64,000 bases of DNA from a bacterium (GTDB lineage: Bacteria; Patescibacteriota; Minisyncoccia; Phycocordibacterales; VMGT01): assembly GCA_030697645.1 (NCBI GenBank), contig JAUYPI010000014.1, positions 12,136 through 76,135 of the forward strand, written 5' to 3'. The position numbers were made by a program, and so were the translations under genes. Positions 8,828 to 17,335 of this stretch are shown one piece after another. Under the pieces are notes generated by a model. It ran no database searches and was not told where the DNA came from. It saw nothing but the letters and a program-made list of their open reading frames with translations. Numbering within the stretch: the stretch's first letter is position 1; every line of letters begins with the position of its first letter.

Positions 8828-10120
8828 TTATTGTACACCCCCGTCGCTCCTTAAAAAATCCTCGACAAACCGCGCTGCGCTCACGGAGTGGCCGTCAAGC
8901 GTCCCCCACCGCTCGAAGATGCACGTGCGAAGTGTCTCCATCGCGACGCACACGGAGGGCAGTCGTCCCGTGAGTTCACTAAGGGGTTCGCCCCTGTAGA
9001 CAATGCCGATCCCAAGCCGCTCGATCATTTTATTATTAAAATAAATCTCCGGATCATCTACCGGATCAAACGCGGGAACGACGATCGGGACACCTGTCGT
9101 AAGCGAGAGCCAGATCGAGCCCCATCCCGCACGAGCAAATTGAAACACGATGTTCGAATCGACAATGACGTCCGGCGGCATACGCATGCTGCCGGGAGGG
9201 ACTCCCTCGGTAGTGCTATAAATCGCGAGGCCCAGGTCCGTAGCCTCAGTATACAACCTCTCTAACCCCGCTATGCCGGTCACCGTTACGAGGATGCCGG
9301 GCTTCTCGAGCGGCGCGGCGGTCTTGGGCTGCTGCGAGGTGAGCGGCGGAGTAAGAAAGGTTGTAGGTTGTAGGTGGTAGGTGGTAGGTGGTAGGTCGCC
9401 CGTGAACCCCGTTAGAGAACTCACACAGGGCATCGAATCCCGTGTGTGTATTGAGCCGCTAGACCCCGCGGCTTGCCGCGCGGCATTCTCGAGCGGGGTG
9501 AACGTGCCGGGGAAGCCGACGGCGTGCATACGCTGTCCCTGCTCTACCCATTCTGCGGACTCGATTCCCTGCTGAAGCACATCCGCGGGAATCGCAATCG
9601 CGCCCGGCGGCTCTCGGAGCGCACGGGTGAAAATATCCGAAAGAAAACCAAATGTAGTCGAATACGCCGGTGCGATATCAAAACGAAGTCGCGGCGAGCG
9701 GCTCATCTCGATAATAATCTGTCGGCCGTCGACCACGCGCTCCGTACCGTCAAATGCGTGCACGGCGAAAGTGCCGGAGAGGTGCTCGTGCGCGCGCGCT
9801 GCCGTGTCTCTCACTCGCTCAATCCAGCGCGCAAGCGAGACGGCATAGTCGGCCGTGCCGTCATAAAAAATTTCCCGGAGCATCATGCCGAGATTCTCGT
9901 CGAGCACAATCTCCTCCGGCCGCGCGCGGAGAAAGGAGGCGAACTCCTCGCGCATCACCGCGCGCTGTCGCTCGCCATAGACGAGCGGCACGATAATCGC
10001 CGAGCGCTCTCTCCCCCGCCGCTCGAGCTCGTCATTGAACGCAATCGCCAGCTCGGTCGTATGCAGGTACGGCCCGGTGCCGTAGGCGAAATTCGTCACT
10101 ATATACTGACGCGATGGCAT
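8828..10120 (-). CDS. GT-B fold glycosyltransferase (MurG/GT28-like C-terminal domain) with Pro/Thr-rich interdomain linker
   Basis: C-terminal region DSNIVFQFARAGWGSIWLSLTTGVPIVVP resembles the MurG/UDP-glycosyltransferase donor-binding domain. The linker is encoded by heptanucleotide repeats at 9359-9400. Confidence 0.45.
   Translation of the reverse strand: MPSRQYIVTNFAYGTGPYLHTTELAIAFNDELERRGRERSAIIVPLVYGERQRAVMREEFASFLRARPEEIVLDENLGMMLREIFYDGTADYAVSLARWIERVRDTAARAHEHLSGTFAVHAFDGTERVVDGRQIIIEMSRSPRLRFDIAPAYSTTFGFLSDIFTRALREPPGAIAIPADVLQQGIESAEWVEQGQRMHAVGFPGTFTPLENAARQAAGSSGSIHTRDSMPCVSSLTGFTGDLPPTTYHLQPTTFLTPPLTSQQPKTAAPLEKPGILVTVTGIAGLERLYTEATDLGLAIYSTTEGVPPGSMRMPPDVIVDSNIVFQFARAGWGSIWLSLTTGVPIVVPAFDPVDDPEIYFNNKMIERLGIGIVYRGEPLSELTGRLPSVCVAMETLRTCIFERWGTLDGHSVSAARFVEDFLRSDGGVQ
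9359..9400. repeat. Six tandem heptanucleotide repeats (2x ggttgta + 4x ggtggta) inside the coding sequence
   Basis: Counted directly in the sequence; the tract encodes the LPPTTYHLQPTTF linker. Confidence 0.9.
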
Positions 10121-10147
10121 GGCAAGATGTAGCCTTCTAACCGCAAC

Positions 10148-11896
10148 TCACAACATCCGATAGTCTACGCCCACAACCTTCATGACTTCATCACGCTGAT
10201 AGAGCGCCCAGGGATCAAACAGGAGGACGCCCGCGCGCGAGAGCGCGAGGAGTTTGCGGATCGGGAGCGAGCGGAGTGCGCGATGATTCGTCATCACGAT
10301 AACTGCGTCGGCGTCGCGGAACACCTCGGCGCTCGTGCGCGCGACCTCAATGCCGAGCGCGGCGATCTCGGGTCGCGCGACCACCGGGTCGTAACCGACA
10401 ATCGTCACGCCACGCTCTTTTCGCAAGAGAGCGACAAGCTCGAGTGTCGGCGATCCACGCATGTCTGAGGTCGGCGGCTCGCCTTTGAATGCAAGGCCGA
10501 GAACGCCGACGCGGAGCGCTCCTCTGCCTCGCGCCTTCCGCCGCGCGCGGAGAAATGCGCGGATTTCGTCCGCAACGACGGTAAGAATCGCGACGTTCGT
10601 CTCCCGCGCATCTCGAGCAAGCAGGGGAGTATATTCGCGCGCGTGTGCGGAGGCGATATAGAGAAACGGGTCTTTCTCGAGGCAGTAGCCGCCGACGCCG
10701 GGGGATGGCCGCGGCACCATCGAGCGCGGGTAGCCAGTGTTTGCCGCAGAAATCACCCGCTGTGTATCAATGCCCCATCTGCGACAAATCAACGATACCT
10801 CGTTTGCAAACGCAAACGTAACATCGCGGTAGGTATTATTAACGAGCTTGACCATCTCTGCCTCTTCAAGTGTGTCTACGATTATCACCGTATCGGTCAT
10901 GAGATTAAAAATCGCCGCAGCCGCGTTCGTGCTTGCTCGATTGATTCCACCAACGACCTGCGGGAGAGAGCGGAGCTCGGACAGCGCCTGGCCTTCTACT
11001 GTGCGCTCCGGCGCAAACGCAACAAAAAAATCCTCGCCTGCCTTAAGGCCGGAGCGCTTCTCAAGAGTTGGCACTACAACATCGCGCGTCGTGCCAAGCG
11101 GAACGGTAGAGCGGAGGATAACGCTGTCGCCGCGCTTGAGAACGCGGCCGACTGCGTTCGCGGCATCCTTCAGGTGTGCGAGCTGCGGACGCTGCTCTCT
11201 ATCAAGCGGTGTCCCCACTGCGATGATGTAGACATCTGCGAGACTACGCTCGTCGAGGCTCGTGAGCACGCTGAATCGCTTGCCGACATGATCAGTAAGC
11301 AAATCCTCTATGCCTTCCTCAAAGAACGGCGCTTTTTTACGTCGCACGAGGGCCGTGAGTTCCGCGTTCGTGTCAAAGCCCACGACGCGAAAGCCGAGAT
11401 CAGCGAACGTAAGCGCGAGCGTGAGACCGACGTAGCCGAGGCCGATAACAGCGACACGCTTTGCCCGGACGTCCGCAGCGAGCCAGAGCTCGTGGAACCA
11501 CACGATATCTATCGGCCGCCCGTCTCGATCAATAACGACTATTTTTTCAAAGTGCTTCTTCTGCCACCCTCCCTCTCTCATACGCGCGACCACCTGCTCA
11601 AAGAGTGCTGCCGGTTCCTCCCGGCCCCGTACCGTAAACGGCTGCGGGTTCATCACGCTCTTAAGCGGCTCGTCCGAGGTCGCGCCGCGGCCGAGAGCCC
11701 GACGGATGTCACCGTCGGTCGCAATACCGACGAGCTTACCCGTCTCATCAACAACCAGCACAATCCCGCCGGGCAATTCCGACACTCCCGGATCCTGCCG
11801 ATTCATCAGCGCAAGCGCCTGCCCGAGCGTCTGGTCGTAGGATAGTATAAGCGAATCTATAGATTTTTTCGTCTGCTCCATACGCAAAAAACTCAC
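10148..11896 (-). CDS. CBS-domain-fused UDP-glucose/GDP-mannose dehydrogenase family nucleotide-sugar dehydrogenase
   Basis: N-terminal CBS-like module of about 130 aa, then GLGYVGLTLA Rossmann motif, catalytic GGYCLEKD and the C-terminal UDPG_MGDP_dh domain. Confidence 0.8.
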   Translation of the reverse strand: MSFLRMEQTKKSIDSLILSYDQTLGQALALMNRQDPGVSELPGGIVLVVDETGKLVGIATDGDIRRALGRGATSDEPLKSVMNPQPFTVRGREEPAALFEQVVARMREGGWQKKHFEKIVVIDRDGRPIDIVWFHELWLAADVRAKRVAVIGLGYVGLTLALTFADLGFRVVGFDTNAELTALVRRKKAPFFEEGIEDLLTDHVGKRFSVLTSLDERSLADVYIIAVGTPLDREQRPQLAHLKDAANAVGRVLKRGDSVILRSTVPLGTTRDVVVPTLEKRSGLKAGEDFFVAFAPERTVEGQALSELRSLPQVVGGINRASTNAAAAIFNLMTDTVIIVDTLEEAEMVKLVNNTYRDVTFAFANEVSLICRRWGIDTQRVISAANTGYPRSMVPRPSPGVGGYCLEKDPFLYIASAHAREYTPLLARDARETNVAILTVVADEIRAFLRARRKARGRGALRVGVLGLAFKGEPPTSDMRGSPTLELVALLRKERGVTIVGYDPVVARPEIAALGIEVARTSAEVFRDADAVIVMTNHRALRSLPIRKLLALSRAGVLLFDPWALYQRDEVMKVVGVDYRML

Positions 11897-12654
11897 AACT
11901 CCCCGCGCTCTTTGAGTGATCGGTAGATCGCCTCAGCGACTAGAAAATCAGTCGCGCTGTTGATATCCACCGAGCGCTCGTGCGGCATGATGTATGGTAG
12001 CACTTTTTCTCCCCACACTCTCCCCAGCTCCATGACGACCGAGCGTCTCGCCGCGTAGAGCCCGCCGTTTCGCTTATAGACCGACTCGAAATCCTGCCTA
12101 CGGGAGGTCGTAAGCTCCTCGGTACCCGAGACATATTGCTCAAGGAAACCATCGGCGCGCACTCGCTTCATCTTCACCGGGTGAAAATCTCTCACTTCAT
12201 ATACACTGACAATAGAGTCTGCCTCGCGGCGCGCGACAAGCATCTCGAGCGCCTCGTCAATATCGGCGGCGGTAAGAAATGGTGTCGTTGCGTGGAGCTG
12301 CACCACATAGTCTACCGCGCGCCCCATCTCGCGCTCAATCTCGCTCGTCGCATGTTGGAGCATGGGGACATCCGGGGTCGTATCAAGTGCAAGCTCCACT
12401 GGCCTCCGAAGCGCGACTTCCCTGCCTCCCAAAGAAGCAGCGATATCGAGCACCTCCTCGTCCTCGGAAGAAACAACGACGCGGCTGAGACTCGAGCTCG
12501 CCAGTGCCGAGCGCAGCATGTGCGCAAGGAGCGGCACGCCGCCAAGCGGCTTGATATTCTTCCGCGGCACGCTCTTGGACCCTCCGCGCGCGGGTATAAC
12601 GGCGAGTATATATGGGTTCATATAAACAACATCCCTCAACCAAACAATACGCAT
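11893..12654 (-). CDS. Acylneuraminate cytidylyltransferase family (CMP-nonulosonic acid synthetase, NeuA/LegF/PseF-like), paralog 1
   Basis: ILAVIPARGGSKSVPRKNIKPLGG motif typical of CTP_transf_3; the likely start is Met at 12621. Confidence 0.8.
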   Translation of the reverse strand: MRIVWLRDVVYMNPYILAVIPARGGSKSVPRKNIKPLGGVPLLAHMLRSALASSSLSRVVVSSEDEEVLDIAASLGGREVALRRPVELALDTTPDVPMLQHATSEIEREMGRAVDYVVQLHATTPFLTAADIDEALEMLVARREADSIVSVYEVRDFHPVKMKRVRADGFLEQYVSGTEELTTSRRQDFESVYKRNGGLYAARRSVVMELGRVWGEKVLPYIMPHERSVDINSATDFLVAEAIYRSLKERGEL

Positions 12655-12687
12655 CCACGCTCTTGTGACAGCGCTTTGGAAATTGGG

Positions 12688-12726
12688 TATTGGAAATTGG
12701 AAATTAAAATCTGTACCCTTTTCGCT
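12688..12726. repeat. Solo arm of intergenic repeat family 1 (ttggaaattggaaatt)
   Basis: Matches the terminal arm of the 140-bp palindromic elements at 32019-32160, 43185-43325 and 44400-44560. Confidence 0.5.
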
Positions 12727-13447
12727 TCAAATTCTCAAGCATCCACTCCGCTTTGAGCCAATCAAGCGGTTCGTCTATGTCCACCGAGCGCTCCCGCGGC
12801 ACGACATGTCCGACGACGCTCTCTCCATACAATCGTCCAGCCATGATAGTATCACGCCGCATGGCGTAGACTGCGCCGCTCCTGCGATATGCGGTCGGCA
12901 GATCCTGGCGACGCGCACCTTCCGGTTCTGCCATGGTGTACGGAAGCACGCGACCGTTCTCGATCCGCTTTGCCTTCACCGGATGGTCCGCGTTGGCGAC
13001 TTCGACGAGCGTCACCGCGCTCTCCGCCCCGCTCTCAATCAAGATTCGGAGCGTCTCGTCAATGTCCTCCGGCGTGCGAAACGGCGAGGTCGGTTGGAGT
13101 ATCACGGCATAATCGAACTTCCTGCCCTCACGCTCCTCCATAAAGGAAATCGCGTGCTGCATCACCGGCACGTGTGGTGCGTGATCAGTCGCAAGCTCGG
13201 CCGGGCGTACGAATGGCACCTTTCCGCCACAAGTCCGCGCGACGTCCGCGATCTCTTCGCTGTCTGTTGAAACGATGCAATGCGTGAGAAACGTGCTGCC
13301 TCGGGCCGCCTCGATTGAAAAAGCAATTAGGGGTTTGCCGCCGAGCGGCTTTATATTTTTCCCAGGAATGCCCTTTGAGCCGCCCCGTGCCGTAATGACG
13401 CCGAGGATCACGCGCTGCTTAAGAAAAGGTGTCGTTTTCGCGTTCAT
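12704..13447 (-). CDS. Acylneuraminate cytidylyltransferase family, paralog 2
   Basis: ILGVITARGGSKGIPGKNIKPLGG motif. Start assigned to the internal Met (MNAKT) to avoid overlap with the downstream gene. Confidence 0.8.
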   Translation of the reverse strand: MNAKTTPFLKQRVILGVITARGGSKGIPGKNIKPLGGKPLIAFSIEAARGSTFLTHCIVSTDSEEIADVARTCGGKVPFVRPAELATDHAPHVPVMQHAISFMEEREGRKFDYAVILQPTSPFRTPEDIDETLRILIESGAESAVTLVEVANADHPVKAKRIENGRVLPYTMAEPEGARRQDLPTAYRRSGAVYAMRRDTIMAGRLYGESVVGHVVPRERSVDIDEPLDWLKAEWMLENLKRKGYRF

Positions 13448-13449
13448 AC

Positions 13450-14334
13450 TCAATTCAAAAAAACAGAAGGAAGAATCCCTATAAACATTAATAGCGTTGC
13501 TATCGCTCGGCGGCCCATTTCTCTCTCTTCGAGAAATTTGCCCGCTATAACCACTGTCCATAGCGCTTGGAGCCTTTTCAGGCTTGATGCGTATGCTACG
13601 AGAGAGTAATGTAACGCCTGGTTTGTTAACACAACGCCCACACTGCTAAACAATGAAATAAGCATATGCGCCTTGCAATGCTGCGTAAAAGATTCGATAA
13701 CGGTGGTGGTAAATTTCCGATCGTACATCATATTGATTACATAGGTAAGAATGCCAAGCGATGTAAAAATAAAAAAAGTTGCGAACAGCGCCGAGGATCG
13801 CACGACTGCAATTTTATCAAAAGGAAAGGAAGCGGCAAAAAGAACAGAACCGATAAGCCCATATGCAACCCCTCTATCCTTTATCGAGGATTGCCTGTTC
13901 TGATATCTAAAAATTTTGCCTCCACCAAGTAAAAACCAGAGACCCGACATCGTTATAAAAATTCCAACAACACCGGCCAAAGACGGTTTCTCATTTAAAA
14001 ACAAAAATCCAGTAAAAATGACTAGCGGTGGGATAATGAGACGTAGAGGCGCAATAAGAGACGCATCACTCAACTTAAAAGCCCGAACAAATAAGTTCTG
14101 TGATATTAAATTTAAAAAACCCGTTATAGCGACAGCGGACCAAAAACCGTCCTCAATCTCTGGAATCCCAACCAGGACAAGAATTGGTAATAACAATATT
14201 CCGGTGAGAAACAAAGTAATGACGAGGAGCGCCTGATCGTTCAGACCATCTTTCAGATGCTTCCTTCTCAAAACATCGCTAATGCCGAGCGCAAAAGTAC
14301 CGCTTAACATTAATGCAAGAAAGAGAATCGTCAT
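13450..14334 (-). CDS. EamA/DMT-superfamily integral membrane transporter
   Basis: About 10 predicted TM helices in a duplicated EamA-like arrangement; AT-rich relative to neighbours. Confidence 0.6.
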   Translation of the reverse strand: MTILFLALMLSGTFALGISDVLRRKHLKDGLNDQALLVITLFLTGILLLPILVLVGIPEIEDGFWSAVAITGFLNLISQNLFVRAFKLSDASLIAPLRLIIPPLVIFTGFLFLNEKPSLAGVVGIFITMSGLWFLLGGGKIFRYQNRQSSIKDRGVAYGLIGSVLFAASFPFDKIAVVRSSALFATFFIFTSLGILTYVINMMYDRKFTTTVIESFTQHCKAHMLISLFSSVGVVLTNQALHYSLVAYASSLKRLQALWTVVIAGKFLEEREMGRRAIATLLMFIGILPSVFLN

Positions 14335-14369
14335 AACTTTCCATTCCTACATGCCCGCCCACTGATAAT

Positions 14370-15740
14370 CTATAACACAACGCGTGGTGCAATAGTGACA
14401 CAAATTTCTATCATGTCAACGAGCCGTTTGTAGGCCGTCCCGTCGGCGCGAGGCATGAGCTGCTCTCGCGCCCGAGAGCGCTCAACCGCACCGAGTGACG
14501 GATCAGTGAGATGAGCATTAAGCGCGGTCATCAAGTCCTCGGGGCTCCTCACCAGCCGCACGGCGCCGCTCTCAAGAAGCGGCACATAGTGCCTATGAGA
14601 ATAGCCGCGCGCGTAGCGATCCGGGTAACAGATGTTCACGACGGGCGTGTCGCAGAGAATCGCTTCGATCGAGAGTGTTGAGCGGTAGTTGGTATTGACG
14701 TCAGCGTAGCGAAGTGTTGCCGTAAGATTGGCGATATCTTCCTCGTCGAGCTCAACCGCGCTACCGGCAGCCGTAGCGCGCCGTTTGCCCGCCGCCTCGA
14801 GATGAAAATTCCTGGGTGGCGAGGCAAGAAGTGACGCGAACCTCCTACCGTCTTCCTTCGGGTGCAAGCGCACGAAGATATTCGGGTAGCCCGCGAACAC
14901 GCCCCGCTCGCGCGCCGCAAGGATGTCCGCAAGCACCAGGTGCTCTTCGGGATAGTTGCCGTCCGTTATCGTCGTGAGTAAAATCATTTTTTCACGCGGG
15001 TCGAGATTTTTACTCCGCAAGAATTCCTCGCGCGTCGGGAGCGAGCGCTGCGGCGAGATGTGGTTGTCAAACCGTACCGGCCCGGAAATAAACACGTTCT
15101 CCGGCACATAGCCGTACTCGCGTACTGCGACCCCCTTCATGTGATCATTCCAAAGACAGAGGTAGTCCGTCCGACGAAAATGAACGCCGCCGTTGTGGAG
15201 ATTATCCCAATTAAAATTGATCGCCGCGGTCGGCGCGCAGTACTTCCTCGCGTACACCACCGCCTCCGCATCAAAATGGTTGAAACCGGGGGAGCACGTG
15301 AGAATAATCGCGGGCTCATAGCGGCGGAGCAGCTCCTCCCACGCTCGATTGCGCGGCACAAGGAGCGTTTCAAGCCATGTAAAAAGGTCGTTCGTAATCC
15401 AGCACTGCGGCAGCGCATACGAGAGCGTCCGCAGCGCGCGACGTCGCCAGTCGCGCATGCCCTTCAGCCTGTTGCGCGCGACAACGGGTTCAAAGTCGTA
15501 CTTTCGGATCATCGAGTAACGAAGAAGCTTACCGAAGAGGATCCAAAATTTCGGATGCTGAATCGCCCGCTCGATGTAGGTGAGGTTCGAGAGCGCGGGA
15601 TACGGCGCACCACCGGCGAGGGCGCCCGGCGCAAGAAACGCCAACACATGGAACCGTGCCGCAAGCTCAACAATAAATCGCGTCCGAAGCAAATCCGACG
15701 CATACGCATTATTAGAAATGAAGAGAAAAACGGTTTGCAT
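14370..15740 (-). CDS. TagB/TagF (Glyphos_transf) or KpsC/KpsS (Capsule_synth)-like polymer-forming transferase, paralog A (divergent)
   Basis: Shares with the three other paralogs the motif pattern LLTTITD, FVRLHPKE and YADVNTNYRSTLSIEAILCDTPVVNI (equivalent to TagF LYAPTxR / HP / TDYSSV..D). Confidence 0.55.
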   Translation of the reverse strand: MQTVFLFISNNAYASDLLRTRFIVELAARFHVLAFLAPGALAGGAPYPALSNLTYIERAIQHPKFWILFGKLLRYSMIRKYDFEPVVARNRLKGMRDWRRRALRTLSYALPQCWITNDLFTWLETLLVPRNRAWEELLRRYEPAIILTCSPGFNHFDAEAVVYARKYCAPTAAINFNWDNLHNGGVHFRRTDYLCLWNDHMKGVAVREYGYVPENVFISGPVRFDNHISPQRSLPTREEFLRSKNLDPREKMILLTTITDGNYPEEHLVLADILAARERGVFAGYPNIFVRLHPKEDGRRFASLLASPPRNFHLEAAGKRRATAAGSAVELDEEDIANLTATLRYADVNTNYRSTLSIEAILCDTPVVNICYPDRYARGYSHRHYVPLLESGAVRLVRSPEDLMTALNAHLTDPSLGAVERSRAREQLMPRADGTAYKRLVDMIEICVTIAPRVVL

Positions 15741-15790
15741 AATTTCTGGGTGCCACTATACTACTGCGATGTTTCCTACGGGAGCGCGTT

Positions 15791-16444
15791 TTAATAGGGA
15801 AGATTATGGATGATACACCCAAACAGCATCGTATGGTGGCTTATGATTCGAACGTCCTTGTGCCTCTGTTCAGCACATAGTCTCATGTCGTATTTTGTAT
15901 AATAATAGTGTTTTGGACAGCGTTGGGAAATGAGATAGAGCATGTGCAGTAATCTCAGTAATGAAAATTTCTTCTCGGAAAAAGTGAATACAAAATACTC
16001 GCTTTTTAAGTTTTTAAACAGCGCGACAATTTCCTCTGCAGTGAGATAATCCAGAAAACCAAGACCTACGGTAATATCCGCTTTTGGAAGATGTATGCTG
16101 TTCGCGTCCCCCTCAATAAACGCGAGCCCTCCGGTAATGTCTAATTCTTTCTGGAGTCTCCTGGCGCGCTCGATGGCCCTGCGAGAAACATCAACTCCGA
16201 CGATGCTGTGCGGTCCGGCTTCCCGACGCATCCGAAATGCAAAATAGCCCGAGCCGCACCCCAGCTCCAAAACTGATTTATTTCGCGCATTCTTTTTTAG
16301 GATATCCAGACACAACTCGCTCCGCACCTTGAGAGGTTTTCGAAACTTCGAGGCGAGCGTTTCGACAAATGAAAGACCTTCGCTCGAGGAGAGCGAATCT
16401 TCCCACGCAATAATTTTGTTATCCCAGTATTCCCTACTGTCCAT
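15791..16444 (-). CDS. Class I SAM-dependent methyltransferase
   Basis: VLELGCGSGYFA motif I and acidic motif II (VDVS); lower GC than surroundings. Confidence 0.7.
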   Translation of the reverse strand: MDSREYWDNKIIAWEDSLSSSEGLSFVETLASKFRKPLKVRSELCLDILKKNARNKSVLELGCGSGYFAFRMRREAGPHSIVGVDVSRRAIERARRLQKELDITGGLAFIEGDANSIHLPKADITVGLGFLDYLTAEEIVALFKNLKSEYFVFTFSEKKFSLLRLLHMLYLISQRCPKHYYYTKYDMRLCAEQRHKDVRIISHHTMLFGCIIHNLPY

Positions 16445-17270
16445 AATAATAATCCTGAAATGAAGTAAAGGTGTGCGCCTGCAATAGTGTTCGTGCCATT
16501 TTTTGTATGTTGCTGGTATACGGCAGACAGAACGGATTTTTTAAAAGCAATTTCATCTTAAACGGAATTGAGGCTATCTCTTTTGTCTCATAGAGCTGCC
16601 AGGGATGTATAAATAAAATGGCAGGAATTCCCCGCTCATTTAGTTTTCTTATAAAATAAGAGGTGCCTCTCGCTTTCAAAAGCGCCATAAAAAGACCGCT
16701 TCCGATCGGTATCGAACGGAGCAAGAGGCTCATCGTCAAATTTTTTGGAAGCTCTTTTGAAACGCTGGCTTTACGATACGCGACAATCGAGACGGGTATC
16801 TCGTCTATCCCTTCATAATTAAAAACTGCATATGCATCGTACGTTGAAGAAGAGTACTTAAAACCGTATTTTTTCAAATACCGCCACGAGTCTGGCGGGA
16901 GATACATCAGAGGAGCGCGAAACCCTTTAGGATTAAATTTTTTTATAAATTTTTTTGAAAGAACCAACTCCCGCTCTAGAATCGCCGCTTTCGTTAAAAG
17001 GGGATGGGTGTGTGTATGATACGCGATTTCATGGCCCCTATTTTGTATCTCCTCAACCGCACGAGGGTGCCAATCATATATCTCAGCGACTATAAAGAAG
17101 GTCGCTTTCTGTTCAAACTCGTCAAGTACATCCAGTATTTTTTCTATTGCGTGCCGGATATAGCCGTCGTCCATTATCTTTCTCTCGTCAGAGGATGTTT
17201 TTTTAATCTTAAGCGCATCCTCATAGAAATGTATCCACGACTCCGTATCAATTGAGAGAATATTTTTCAT
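16434..17270 (-). CDS. Polysaccharide deacetylase (NodB-homology / CE4-like)
   Basis: DTE ... HTHTHP metal-binding motifs; strongly AT-rich gene. Confidence 0.65.
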   Translation of the reverse strand: MKNILSIDTESWIHFYEDALKIKKTSSDERKIMDDGYIRHAIEKILDVLDEFEQKATFFIVAEIYDWHPRAVEEIQNRGHEIAYHTHTHPLLTKAAILERELVLSKKFIKKFNPKGFRAPLMYLPPDSWRYLKKYGFKYSSSTYDAYAVFNYEGIDEIPVSIVAYRKASVSKELPKNLTMSLLLRSIPIGSGLFMALLKARGTSYFIRKLNERGIPAILFIHPWQLYETKEIASIPFKMKLLLKNPFCLPYTSNIQKMARTLLQAHTFTSFQDYYYGQ

Positions 17271-17335
17271 CTTTTACTCACAAGATACTGCGGCCGCTCG
17301 GTCTATGTGCGCAGATATCGAGACGAGACTATCGC

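Noticed and set aside
9359-9400. Possibility that the tandem repeats at 9359-9400 or the family-1/2 repeats represent a CRISPR array
   Set aside because: Units are 7 bp and contiguous with no spacers, and the larger repeats are palindromic elements scattered kilobases apart. No repeat-spacer periodicity and no cas genes are present.
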